The notes under the pieces were generated by a model. The model was not told the origin of the DNA, searched no databases, and saw only the letters and a program-made list of their open reading frames with translations. DNA of 64,000 nucleotides from NCBI GenBank assembly GCA_032159565.1, contig JAVHWR010000038.1; one strand, given 5' to 3'. The DNA is from Mycobacterium sp. (GTDB taxonomy: Bacteria > Actinomycetota > Actinomycetes > Mycobacteriales > Mycobacteriaceae). The translations under genes and the position numbers were made by a program. Shown here piece after piece: positions 17,949-27,251 of this stretch. Within the stretch, counting starts at the first letter, position 1. Each line of letters opens with the position of its first letter.

Positions 17949-17981
17949 AAGCCCCCGACACGCTAGCCGTGCGGGGGCTTT
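17949..17981. terminator. Intrinsic terminator hairpin between convergent rplO and the LLM gene
   Basis: AAGCCCCCG...CGGGGGCTT stem with an inner CACG/CGTG pair, followed by T residues. Confidence 0.8.
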
Positions 17982-17988
17982 CGCGATT

Positions 17989-18915
17989 TCACTGCAGTTG
18001 CGGGATCACTTCGGCGGCAAGCCGTTCCATCTGCTCGCGGTCTTCGGCAACGGCAGCGCCGACCGGATTCAGCAGCACCATCTCCGCGCCCGCGTCGATC
18101 ACCTCGCGAACCCCGCGCACGACGTCGTCGGGCGTACCCGAGACGGGAACATCCTCGATCCCCGGCATGTCTCCGTAGATGCGGTGCAGTCCGGCGACGA
18201 CGCGCTCGCGGGCCCGTCGAGCGTCGTCATCGACGGTCAGATAGACGCGCTTGGCGATGGTGAATCGCGTTGCGTCTTTGCCTTGTATATCGAGTTCGCG
18301 ACGGACGATCTTGACGGCTTCGGCGAAGGTCGCGGTCGTCGACGAGCCTGCTCCCAGAAAGTGGTCGGCGATCCGTACGCCGCGCGCAAGAGCCTTCGGC
18401 GCGGTGCCGCCGATCCACAGCGGAGGGTGTGGACGCTGTACCGGCTTGGGTTGGATCGGCAGGCCGTCGACGTCGCGGAATCGGCCGTGGAACGTCACCG
18501 TCGGCTCGTCGGACCATGCCGCCTTCATCAGCTCGATGCCCTCGGTGAAATAGCTGACAAAGGTCTCCTTCTGCACGCCGAAGGCCGCGAACGGCCTGCG
18601 TTTGCCGCCATGGCCGACGCCGACATCCAGCCGGCCGTGGCTCAGGCGGTCGACCGCGGCGATGGCCCACGCCAGCTGCAGCGGGTCATGCAGCGACGTG
18701 ATGAGCACCGCTACCCCGAGGCGCAAGCGGGTCGTACACGCCGCGGCGTAGGCGAGCATGGCCAGTGGTGCGATCTGCGGCGAGTCGCCGACGACCTGCT
18801 CCATCGTCCAGCCGCCTTCGAAGCCGAGTTCTTCGGCGCGCGCGAGATAGTCCTTCACTCCGGCGTCGTCGAAGCCGTCGTAGTCCAACTGAGGGATCGA
18901 TATCGAGAACCGCAC
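17989..18915 (-). CDS. LLM-class flavin/F420-dependent oxidoreductase
   Basis: AEELGFEGGW, AAACTTRLRLGVAVL, DRLSHGRLDVGVG and PKPVQRPHPPLWIGG. Confidence 0.9.
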   Translation of the reverse strand: MRFSISIPQLDYDGFDDAGVKDYLARAEELGFEGGWTMEQVVGDSPQIAPLAMLAYAAACTTRLRLGVAVLITSLHDPLQLAWAIAAVDRLSHGRLDVGVGHGGKRRPFAAFGVQKETFVSYFTEGIELMKAAWSDEPTVTFHGRFRDVDGLPIQPKPVQRPHPPLWIGGTAPKALARGVRIADHFLGAGSSTTATFAEAVKIVRRELDIQGKDATRFTIAKRVYLTVDDDARRARERVVAGLHRIYGDMPGIEDVPVSGTPDDVVRGVREVIDAGAEMVLLNPVGAAVAEDREQMERLAAEVIPQLQ

Positions 18916-18959
18916 ACAACCACGTTAGGCGTCGAATGCAGACGTGGTGTGATTGGCCG

Positions 18960-19310
18960 ATGGCAGGCATCGTGGAGCGCTATCTCGATGCAATCGTCTC
19001 GCACGATTGGGATGTGGTGGGCGAGTGCGTCGCCGACGACATCATCCGCGTCGGCCCGTACGGCGATCGGTTCGACGGGAAGGACGACTACCTCGCCTAC
19101 ATCTCCGACACGATGCCCAAGCTCGAGGGCTACTCGATGCAGCTTCACCGGGTGACCTACGTCGACGACGGGGTGGCCTTCGCCGAACTCAGCGAGACGG
19201 TTGCTGTCGGAGGCAACCCGATGCGCACGCCGGAGGTGCTCGTTTTCGAATTCGACGGTGAGCGGCGCATCTCCCGGGTCGACATCTTCATTCAGACTCT
19301 GCCGCGGTAA
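18960..19310 (+). CDS. NTF2/SnoaL-like domain protein
   Basis: 116 aa; VERYLDAI..HDWD, VADD, FEFDGERRISRVDIF. Confidence 0.8.
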   Translation: MAGIVERYLDAIVSHDWDVVGECVADDIIRVGPYGDRFDGKDDYLAYISDTMPKLEGYSMQLHRVTYVDDGVAFAELSETVAVGGNPMRTPEVLVFEFDGERRISRVDIFIQTLPR

Positions 19311-19437
19311 CGCTCAGCGCGGCGGGGTGGGTTCAATGAAGAGCAGTTCTACACAGGAATTATCGGCGTCGTCAATTGTCCATTAGTGACCGCAAGCGAA
19401 TCGTCTGGTGAGGCCCGCTGCTCGGTAGGCTCGAATT

Positions 19438-21234
19438 ATGTTCAGTTTCTTGCCCGGCATCCCCGGCGCCGACGATCTGCGGGGTCTAGCCCGCAAAGTG
19501 GATACCGCCCGCCATCACGGTGTGCCCCACGGCTGTGTGCTCGAGCTCGATCTACTGACGGCGCCGCCCGAGACCACGGGCTTCAACCCGATGGCGATCA
19601 TCAGCGGCAACAGGCCGCTGGTGCTACGCGAGGCCGTTGCGGCAATTCACCGGGCCGCCGAGGACAAGCGCGTCGCAGGCCTGATCGCGCGGGTGCAGAT
19701 TCCTGCCGCGGCGCCCGGGCCTGTTCAGGAACTGCGGGACGCGATCGCCGCCTTCAGTGACGTCAAGCCGTCGCTGGCGTGGGCCGAGACCTATCCCGGC
19801 ACGCTGTCGTACTACCTGGCTTCGGCATTCCGTGAGATTTGGATGCAGCCGTCCGGAACGGTCGGGCTGGTCGGCTTCGCGACCAACGCGCTGTTCCTCC
19901 GCGACGCGCTCGACAAGGCCGGCGTAGAGCCGCAATACATCACTCGCGGCGAATACAAGGTCGCCACGAATCGTTTCACGCAGACCCGGTATACCGATGC
20001 CCACCGCGAGGCGGACAACCGCCTGCTGGAAAGCCTGCACGATCAGGTGTGGCGGGCAATCGCGACGTGCAGGCAAATCGATTCGGCCGCCATCGACGAG
20101 ATGGCGAATCGGGCACCGCTGCTGCGCGACGAGGCTGTGGCCGGACGCCTGATCGACCGGATCGGGTTCCGCGACGAGGCGTACGCGCGTATCGGCGAAC
20201 TCGTTGGATCACCGGGTAATTCACCGAATATCGGTGACGCCGATAATGATCCCGACGCACCGCCGCGGCTCTACTTGTCGCGTTATGCCAAGGCCAGCGC
20301 GAGCCGGCCAGGTCCGCAGCTGCCGTCGATCCCCGGCCGCAAGTCCGATCCGACGATTGCCGTCGTCACCGTGGACGGCATGATCGTCAGTGGCCGCGGC
20401 GGCCCCCAGGTGTTGCCGCTCGGAAACTCGAGCGCAGGCGGGGATACCATCGCCGCCGCCCTCCGCGAGGCGGCCGCCGACGACTCCGTGTCGGCAATCG
20501 TGCTGAGGGTCGACAGCCCCGGCGGCTCTGTCACCGGATCGGAAACCATTTGGCGGGAAGTGAATCGGATTCGAACCAGCGACACGCCGATTGTTGCATC
20601 GATGGGTGCGGTGGCCGCCTCCGGCGGCTACTACGTCTCGATGTGCGCCGATGCGATCGTCGCCAATGCCGGCACGATCACAGGATCCATCGGAGTACTG
20701 ACCGGCAAGATGATAGCCCGTGAGCTCAAAGAGCGGCTTGGTGTCAGCTCAGATTCGTTGCGCACCAACGACAACGCAGACGTGTGGTCGATCGACAAGC
20801 CGTTCACCGATGAGCAGCGCGCTCGTATCGAGGCAGAGGCCGACCTCAGCTATCGGGACTTCATCGAGCGCGTCGCCGCGGGCCGCGAGCTCAGCTTCGA
20901 GGATGTCGAGGAGGTTGCCCGCGGCAGGGTGTGGACCGGTGCCGACGCGCTCGAGCGGGGCCTTGTCGACGAACTCGGCGGCCTGCGGACCGCGATCGAC
21001 CGGGCCAAGGTGCTGGCCGGTCACGAGAAAGACGCCGACGTCCGCATTGTCAGCTTCCCCGGCTCTTCGTTCCTGGACTTCCTCCGACCCAAGCCTTCAT
21101 CGCAGCCGGCTGCGGCATCGCTGCCCGAGGCCGTCGGCGCATTGCTCGGCCGATCGGTCAAGGAGGTGTTCGTCCAGGCCGAGCGGTCGTTGACCGGCGT
21201 CAGCGCGTTGTGGCTGGGCGACTACCGCTTCTAG
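19438..21234 (+). CDS. sppA: Signal peptide peptidase SppA (protease IV)
   Basis: 598 aa with tandem S49 domains; GEYK, VLRVDSPGGS, ASGGYY, TGSIGV and GRVWTG. Confidence 0.95.
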   Translation: MFSFLPGIPGADDLRGLARKVDTARHHGVPHGCVLELDLLTAPPETTGFNPMAIISGNRPLVLREAVAAIHRAAEDKRVAGLIARVQIPAAAPGPVQELRDAIAAFSDVKPSLAWAETYPGTLSYYLASAFREIWMQPSGTVGLVGFATNALFLRDALDKAGVEPQYITRGEYKVATNRFTQTRYTDAHREADNRLLESLHDQVWRAIATCRQIDSAAIDEMANRAPLLRDEAVAGRLIDRIGFRDEAYARIGELVGSPGNSPNIGDADNDPDAPPRLYLSRYAKASASRPGPQLPSIPGRKSDPTIAVVTVDGMIVSGRGGPQVLPLGNSSAGGDTIAAALREAAADDSVSAIVLRVDSPGGSVTGSETIWREVNRIRTSDTPIVASMGAVAASGGYYVSMCADAIVANAGTITGSIGVLTGKMIARELKERLGVSSDSLRTNDNADVWSIDKPFTDEQRARIEAEADLSYRDFIERVAAGRELSFEDVEEVARGRVWTGADALERGLVDELGGLRTAIDRAKVLAGHEKDADVRIVSFPGSSFLDFLRPKPSSQPAAASLPEAVGALLGRSVKEVFVQAERSLTGVSALWLGDYRF

Positions 21235-21323
21235 CACCCCAGGCTCCCGTTTGGCGTCCAGCTGAGCTGGGTAGTTCATCGTCGTCATCTCTTGATGTTC
21301 ATGATCGACTTTGACTAGTGTCG

Positions 21324-21337
21324 GATTGTCAACAAAA
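21324..21337. promoter_or_regulatory. Putative GntR/FadR operator, copy 1 (upstream of MFS gene)
   Basis: GATTGTCAACAAAA; the core TTGTYRACAA recurs at 24203, 27158 and 31671. Confidence 0.65.
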
Positions 21338-21438
21338 CTACGACCTGACCCCGAGGCCGTGCACAACCTGCCCGTCGTGAGTGTGGGAGCCGGCCCGGGG
21401 AAGTGTCCGACAGTGTCATTGACACGAGGAGGCTCCCG

Positions 21439-22827
21439 ATGGGCAGCCCTGATCAACCTCCACACTCGACCGTCAGCACCGAAGACGTACCGCCCGATGT
21501 GCTGAAGAAGGCCGTCGCGGCCTCGGCCATCGGCAACGCGACGGAATGGTTCGACTACGGGATCTACGCATACGGCGTCACCTACATATCGGCGGCGATT
21601 TTCCCCGGGGACACCGAGAGCGCCACGTTGTTGGCGTTGATGACGTTCGCGGTGTCGTTCCTCGTCAGGCCTATCGGCGGGCTGGTATGGGGTCCGCTCG
21701 GCGACCGGATCGGGCGTCGGTCGGTGCTGGCCATCACGATCCTGATGATGTCCGGCGCCACGCTGTGCGTTGGTCTCATCCCGTCCTACGCGATGATCGG
21801 GTTCTGGGCGCCGGTGCTGATGGTGCTGCTGCGCATGATCCAGGGCTTCTCGACCGGCGGCGAGTACGGCGGTGCCGCCACCTTCATGGCGGAATACGCT
21901 CCGCCCCGCAGGCGCGGATTCTTCGGCAGCTTCCTGGAGTTCGGCACGCTGGCGGGGTTCTCGCTCGGTGCACTGCTGATGCTCGGTTTCTCGTTGGTGC
22001 TCAACGACGATCAGATGAGCACCTGGGGGTGGCGGCTGCCCTTCCTCGTTGCAGCCCCTCTCGGCCTGGTCGGTGTCTACCTGCGGTCGCGGCTGGAGGA
22101 CACACCGATCTTCCGCGAACTGGCAGAGTCCGGTGAAACGGAGGAGCGCACCGCCACCCAGTTCAAGGATCTGCTCAGCCGTTACTGGGGGCCGATCCTG
22201 CGGTTGGGCGGCGTTGTCGTCGCACTCAACGTGGTGAACTACACCCTGCTGAGCTATATGCCGACCTACCTCGAGCAGTCGATAGGCCTGTCCGCCACCA
22301 TGTCATTGTTGGTGCCGATCATCGGCATGCTCGCGATGATGGTGTTCCTGCCGATCGCAGGCGGCCTATCGGATCGCGTTGGGCGCAAACCGATGTGGTG
22401 GTTCTCGTTGATCGGCCTCTTCATCGCAGGCATCCCAATGTTCATGTTGATGGGCACCAACGTGGTGGGCGCGGTGATCGGTTTCGCGGTCCTCGGCCTG
22501 CTGTACGTGCCGCAACTAGCCACGATTTCGGCCATGTTCCCGGCCATGTTCCCCACCCATGTGCGCTACGCCGGATTCGCCATCGCGTACAACGTGTCGA
22601 CGTCGATCTTCGGCGGCACCGCGCCTGCGGTGAACGAATGGCTCGTCAACAAGACCGGCGACAATCTGGTGCCCGCCTATTACATGATGGCCGCGTGCGT
22701 CATCGGTGCGATCGCCCTGATCAAGGTGCCCGAGACGACACGCTGCCCGATGAACGGAACGGAGATGCCTGGCACCCCGGAGGCGCCGCCGCAGCTGGAA
22801 TACGAGAAGCAGCCCGGCGCCGTCTGA
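21439..22827 (+). CDS. MFS transporter, MHS/ProP-like
   Basis: IGNATEWFDYGIY, VRPIGG...GPLGDRIGRR, QGFSTGGEYGG and WGWRLPF; GAGGAGG SD. Confidence 0.92.
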   Translation: MGSPDQPPHSTVSTEDVPPDVLKKAVAASAIGNATEWFDYGIYAYGVTYISAAIFPGDTESATLLALMTFAVSFLVRPIGGLVWGPLGDRIGRRSVLAITILMMSGATLCVGLIPSYAMIGFWAPVLMVLLRMIQGFSTGGEYGGAATFMAEYAPPRRRGFFGSFLEFGTLAGFSLGALLMLGFSLVLNDDQMSTWGWRLPFLVAAPLGLVGVYLRSRLEDTPIFRELAESGETEERTATQFKDLLSRYWGPILRLGGVVVALNVVNYTLLSYMPTYLEQSIGLSATMSLLVPIIGMLAMMVFLPIAGGLSDRVGRKPMWWFSLIGLFIAGIPMFMLMGTNVVGAVIGFAVLGLLYVPQLATISAMFPAMFPTHVRYAGFAIAYNVSTSIFGGTAPAVNEWLVNKTGDNLVPAYYMMAACVIGAIALIKVPETTRCPMNGTEMPGTPEAPPQLEYEKQPGAV

Positions 22828-22835
22828 GAAGTTCC

Positions 22836-22897
22836 CGCGAACGTTCCGTACCGGTTCAGATTTTCGGCGAACTATCGCGGGTTGAGGAACGTTCGCG
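22836..22897. repeat. 62-nt palindromic (REP-like) element, copy 2
   Basis: Perfect 12-bp inverted repeat CGCGAACGTTCC/GGAACGTTCGCG; same length as copies 1 and 3; lies between convergent genes. Confidence 0.65.
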
Positions 22898-22908
22898 CGG
22901 GCTCGGGC

Positions 22909-24174
22909 TCACCCCGGGACGACGGCGCCGACGGCGTCGGCCCAGATGCTCGCGGCTTCGTCGACCTGATCACCGGTCACCACCAGTGCCGGGATGAAGC
23001 GCACGACCTGGCCCCACGCGCCACAGGTCAGCAACAGCAGGCCGCGGCGAGCCGCCTCCTGCTGGGCGGCGGCGGCGGTGACCGGATCGGGCTTTCCGTC
23101 GGCGTCACGGAACTCGTTGCCGATCATCAGCCCGAGGCCGCGTACGTCGGCGATCTGGTCGTGCTTGTCGGCCACCATTTGCAGCGCCTCCTTCAGCTGC
23201 GCCCCACGCTGCGCTGAGTTGTCGACGAGCCCTTCATCGCGGATTACGTCGAGGGTCGCCAGCGCGGCAGCACAGGCAACCGCGTTGGCGCCGTACGTGC
23301 CGCCCTGGGATCCCGGCCATGCCTTGGCCATCAGCTCAGACGACGCGGCGATTGCCGACAGCGGGAATCCGGAGGCAAGGCCCTTGGCGGTGATGAGGAC
23401 GTCGGGTTCGGCGTTGAAATGCTCACCGCCCCAGAACTTTCCGGTTCGTCCGAAGCCGGTCTGCACCTCGTCGACCACCAGCAGGATGCCGTGCTGGTCG
23501 GCGCGTTCCCGCAGTCCGGCGAAGAACCGGTCGTTGGCGGGCACATAGCCGCCCTCGCCGAGTACCGGCTCGACGAGGAACGCGGCGGTGTCGGCGGGCG
23601 ATGTCAGCGTCTGCAGGATGTAGTCGAGCTGGCCGAGCGCGAAATCGGTGGCCTGCTCGACCGGCCAGCCGAAGTGGGTGGGATCGGGGAACGGTGCGAC
23701 GTGGACGCCTGCCATCAACGGAGAGAAGCCGGAACGGAACTTCGTTCCGGACGTGGTCAGTGAAGCGGCCGCCACCGTGCGACCGTGGAAGCCGCCGTGG
23801 AAGACGATGACATTCGGCCGTCCGGTCGCCTGCCGGCTCAATCGCAGCGCCGCTTCGACGGCCTCACTGCCCGAGTTCGCGAAGAAGATGCGGTCCAAGC
23901 CCTGCGGCAGCACTTCGCCCAGCCGGTCAACGAGCGCCAGCAGCGGGCGGTGCATGACGGTGGTGTACTGGCCGTGGATGAGCGTGCCGACCTGGCGTTG
24001 TGCGGCCTCGACCACTCGAGGGTGACAGTGCCCGGTACTGGTCACGCCGATGCCCGCGGTGAAGTCGAGGTATCTGCGGTCGTCTTCGTCGTACAGCAGC
24101 ACACCCTCTCCGCGGGCAGCGATGACGCCGGTCGCTTGTTTGAGGACCTGTGAGAGCTGTGCGGACGCGGCCAC
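22909..24174 (-). CDS. Class III PLP aminotransferase (GabT/DoeD-like, diaminobutyrate or 4-aminobutyrate type)
   Basis: DFTAGIG, GFHGRT, VDEVQTGFGRTG, ITAKGL and GGTYG; GTG 24174 with a purine-rich SD. Confidence 0.92.
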   Translation of the reverse strand: MAASAQLSQVLKQATGVIAARGEGVLLYDEDDRRYLDFTAGIGVTSTGHCHPRVVEAAQRQVGTLIHGQYTTVMHRPLLALVDRLGEVLPQGLDRIFFANSGSEAVEAALRLSRQATGRPNVIVFHGGFHGRTVAAASLTTSGTKFRSGFSPLMAGVHVAPFPDPTHFGWPVEQATDFALGQLDYILQTLTSPADTAAFLVEPVLGEGGYVPANDRFFAGLRERADQHGILLVVDEVQTGFGRTGKFWGGEHFNAEPDVLITAKGLASGFPLSAIAASSELMAKAWPGSQGGTYGANAVACAAALATLDVIRDEGLVDNSAQRGAQLKEALQMVADKHDQIADVRGLGLMIGNEFRDADGKPDPVTAAAAQQEAARRGLLLLTCGAWGQVVRFIPALVVTGDQVDEAASIWADAVGAVVPG

Positions 24175-24202
24175 GCTTCTTTCCCTTGCCTGTTGATTGG
24201 TA

Positions 24203-24216
24203 GATTGTCGACAATC
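24203..24216. promoter_or_regulatory. Putative GntR/FadR operator, copy 2 (divergent promoter)
   Basis: Perfect palindrome GATTGTCGACAATC overlapping TANNNT -10 candidates on both strands. Confidence 0.8.
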
Positions 24217-24255
24217 AGCGTATCGGACGGACCGGCGTACGGCGAAGGGGTAGCG

Positions 24256-25722
24256 GTGAGCGAGCACGACGAGGCGAGGGTCGTCCAGACCGTCGAGAAG
24301 CGACTGTTCATCGACGGCAAGTGGCTCGACGCATCCGAGGGACGGACCTTCGACGTCGTCGATCCCGCCACCGGAAGGACCCTCTGTTCGGTCGCCGAGG
24401 CGTCCCCGGCAGACGGCAGGGCCGCACTCGACGCGGCCGTCGCCGCCCAGCCGGACTTCGCGGCGGTTTCACCACGCGAGCGCGCAAACATACTGACCCG
24501 CTCTTACGAGCTGCTGCACGAGCGGATCGACAACCTTGCGCTGTTGATGACGTTGGAGATGGGCAAACCGGTCGCCGAAGCACGAGGGGAGATCGCCTAT
24601 GCCGCAGAATTCTTCCGCCACTTCGCCGAAGAGGCCGTGCGCATCGACGGCGGTTACCAGACGGCGCCTGCAGGCGGAGCGCGCTTCCTGATCGCGCGCC
24701 AACCCGTCGGCCCGTGCCTGCTGATCACGCCGTGGAATTTCCCGATGGCGATGGGCACCCGCAAGCTGGGCCCGGCCATCGCCGCCGGGTGCACCAGTGT
24801 GATCAAGCCCGCTCCTCAGACACCGCTGTCGATGCTGGCGCTGATGGACATCCTGGCCGAGGCCGGGCTGCCCGCGGGCGTCGTCAACTGCATCACCGTC
24901 ACGGAAGCCGGCCCGGTCATGGAGCCGCTGATCCGGTCGGGCCTGGCCCGGAAACTCTCCTTCACCGGCTCCACCCAGGTCGGTCGGCTGCTGTTGGAAC
25001 AGTGCGCCGAGAAGGTCCTGCGGACCTCGATGGAACTCGGCGGGAACGCGCCGTTCATCGTGTTCGACGACGCCGACCTCGACGAGGCCGTCGAGGGTGC
25101 GATCGCGGCCAAGATGCGCAACATGGGGGAGGCGTGCACCGCGGCCAACAGGATGTATGTGCAATCCTCGGTCATCGATGAATTCGGACGCCGGCTGGCC
25201 GCGCGGATGGCTTCGTTGTCGGTGGGCCGTGGCACCAACGATGGTGTCGCCGTCGGTCCCCTCATCGATAAGGCCGCGCTCAACAAGGTCGAGACGCTCG
25301 TCGCCGATGCCGTCGGGCGCGGCGCGACCGTCCTCACCGGGGGATCGGCGCCCGGTGGCGATGGCTTCTTCTATCCGCCCACCGTGCTCACCGGTGTGCC
25401 ACGCGACGCCGAGATGTGCGATCAGGAGATCTTCGGTCCGGTGGCGCCGCTGACGGCCTTCGAGACGGAGGCCGAGGCGGTCGCGGCCGCCAACGACACC
25501 GAATACGGCCTTGTCTCCTACGTTTTCACCAACGACCTGAGGCGTGCATTGCGGGTTGCGGAAGCCCTGGAGAGCGGCATGGTCGGGCTCAACCAGGGCG
25601 TGGTGTCAAATCCGGCAGCGCCGTTCGGCGGCATCAAGCAGTCGGGTCTGGGCCGCGAAGGTGGCTTGGTCGGAATCGACGAGTTCCTCGAGACCAAATA
25701 CATCGGCATAGCGATGCGGTGA
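24256..25722 (+). CDS. NAD(P)-dependent semialdehyde dehydrogenase (GabD/DoeC-like)
   Basis: ITPWNFP, FTGSTQVG, MELGGNAP, catalytic GEAC, EIFGP and PFGGIKQSGLGREG. Confidence 0.93.
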   Translation: MSEHDEARVVQTVEKRLFIDGKWLDASEGRTFDVVDPATGRTLCSVAEASPADGRAALDAAVAAQPDFAAVSPRERANILTRSYELLHERIDNLALLMTLEMGKPVAEARGEIAYAAEFFRHFAEEAVRIDGGYQTAPAGGARFLIARQPVGPCLLITPWNFPMAMGTRKLGPAIAAGCTSVIKPAPQTPLSMLALMDILAEAGLPAGVVNCITVTEAGPVMEPLIRSGLARKLSFTGSTQVGRLLLEQCAEKVLRTSMELGGNAPFIVFDDADLDEAVEGAIAAKMRNMGEACTAANRMYVQSSVIDEFGRRLAARMASLSVGRGTNDGVAVGPLIDKAALNKVETLVADAVGRGATVLTGGSAPGGDGFFYPPTVLTGVPRDAEMCDQEIFGPVAPLTAFETEAEAVAAANDTEYGLVSYVFTNDLRRALRVAEALESGMVGLNQGVVSNPAAPFGGIKQSGLGREGGLVGIDEFLETKYIGIAMR

Positions 25723-25727
25723 CGCCC

Positions 25728-26405
25728 CTAGATGCCGACGTGTTCGGCTCCGTCGACTGTCTTTTCGAGCGTGAGCCGATTGACGGCATCGTCCATGTGG
25801 GCGGCCAGCAACCGGTCGACGAGTTCGCGGTCGCCTTTGCGGATCGCGTTCGCCAGCGCCCGGTGCTCCTTGTCGCGAACCTCGGATCTGGCGTAGGTCT
25901 CGTCGAGGGCATGGATGCACATCCGGGTTTCGGTGATGAAGGTCTGGTGCATCCGGGAGAGCCGCGGGCTCTTGGCGAGCTTCAACAGCCGCTCATGGAA
26001 GGCGATATCCAGCTCGCTGACATCGGCGGGAGTCTCTGCTTCGGCCATCTGGTCGACGATCCCCAGCAGCTCCTTGCCCGCCGTCCGGTGGTCACCGTCG
26101 AGGATTCTGCGGGCGGCCGCTCGTTCGATCGCTTCGCGCGCGCTGTACATGTCGCGGACGTCGTCGGGGGTCATGTCGATCACGAACAACCCGCGGTTGC
26201 GGATCGACACCAGGAGTCCCTCCTGGGTGAGGCGCTGCATGCCCTCCCGCAATGGGCCGCGGCTGACTCCGAGCTTGCGCGCCAACTCGGCTTCGCCCAA
26301 CTGTGCGCCGGGCTTCAGCTCGCCGTGAGCGATCGCCTGGCGCAGCTTCTCGGCGATGATGCTGGGCGTCGACTCCTGAACGAGCGGCCCGATGAAGCTG
26401 CTCAT
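25728..26405 (-). CDS. GntR-family regulator (FadR subfamily, FCD domain)
   Basis: GELKPGAQLGEAELARKLGVSRGPLRE HTH; ELDIAFHE and EHRAL FCD motifs; ATGA overlap with the upstream racemase gene. Confidence 0.93.
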   Translation of the reverse strand: MSSFIGPLVQESTPSIIAEKLRQAIAHGELKPGAQLGEAELARKLGVSRGPLREGMQRLTQEGLLVSIRNRGLFVIDMTPDDVRDMYSAREAIERAAARRILDGDHRTAGKELLGIVDQMAEAETPADVSELDIAFHERLLKLAKSPRLSRMHQTFITETRMCIHALDETYARSEVRDKEHRALANAIRKGDRELVDRLLAAHMDDAVNRLTLEKTVDGAEHVGI

Positions 26406-27121
26406 CGGCGCGCCTCGAACACCGCGCCCAGCCCGGGAAGCACCGGTGGGGAGCCGAGCAGTTCGAGTCCTTTCCACACGGTGACTTGGTTCGCCGTGAG
26501 CACGGGCTTGCCGACGGCCGCTTCCAGCTTGTCGACGATCGCCAGCGTGTGCATCGCGGTGTCCGGGACGAGCACTGCCTCGGCCCTCGGATGATCGGCG
26601 GCAGCCACCATCGCGAGCACCTGCTCGGGGCGAAGAGTGCCCACCTCGGCTGCGGTGTAAATGCCGTGGCTACCCATCGAGACAACCTCGGCGCCCCCTG
26701 CGGTCAGGAAGGCGACGAAGTGCTGCGCTACGTCGTCGGGGTAGGACGCCGCCACCGCGACCCGGCTGATGCCGAGATGCCGCAGCGCGTCGACGAAGGC
26801 GATCGAGGTCGACGACGCGGGGACCCCTGCCGCGGCCTCGACGGCCGACGCCTGCGCCGACGCGCCCTGCGGACCGAACACGAAGCTGCCCGAGGTGCAC
26901 GCCCACATCACGGCGTCCGGCTTCTCGACGGCCAACAGGGCCGCGCCGTCGGCGAGCCGTGCTTGGCTGCCGAGGTCGAGCAGGGCATCGACACGATGTG
27001 CGTCCTCGCCGACCGACGTGATCGCCACCGGCAAACGCACGGCGCCGTCGATGCGCGCCTCGAGGGCGGGAAAGTCGTCCTCGGCACTGTGGCCGGGGTA
27101 GAGCAGGCCAACCGTTGGCAT
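26402..27121 (-). CDS. Asp/Glu racemase / maleate isomerase superfamily protein (Cys/Asp variant)
   Basis: WACTSGSF, PASSTS, GKPVLTANQ; the second catalytic site reads PDTAM rather than SCTN. Confidence 0.85.
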   Translation of the reverse strand: MPTVGLLYPGHSAEDDFPALEARIDGAVRLPVAITSVGEDAHRVDALLDLGSQARLADGAALLAVEKPDAVMWACTSGSFVFGPQGASAQASAVEAAAGVPASSTSIAFVDALRHLGISRVAVAASYPDDVAQHFVAFLTAGGAEVVSMGSHGIYTAAEVGTLRPEQVLAMVAAADHPRAEAVLVPDTAMHTLAIVDKLEAAVGKPVLTANQVTVWKGLELLGSPPVLPGLGAVFEARR

Positions 27122-27157
27122 GTCATCTCCCTTGGATCACGCTGACCGGAATAGGTA

Positions 27158-27171
27158 GATTGTTGACAATG
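27158..27171. promoter_or_regulatory. Putative GntR/FadR operator, copy 3
   Basis: GATTGTTGACAATG, preceded by GGTA as in copy 2; overlaps a minus-strand TAACAT -10 (27169-27174). Confidence 0.78.
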
Positions 27172-27251
27172 TTAGCCCGCGCGAGCTACGACGCGGGACA
27201 CCTCGCCGAACTGCTCGCCGACGCTTCATCTCGGTAACCCCCTCCCGCCGT

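Noticed and set aside
22909-25722. Plain gabT/gabD (GABA shunt) labels
   Set aside because: The families fit, but the shared operator and EutD-like neighbour make DoeD/DoeC-like roles equally plausible, so no symbols were assigned.
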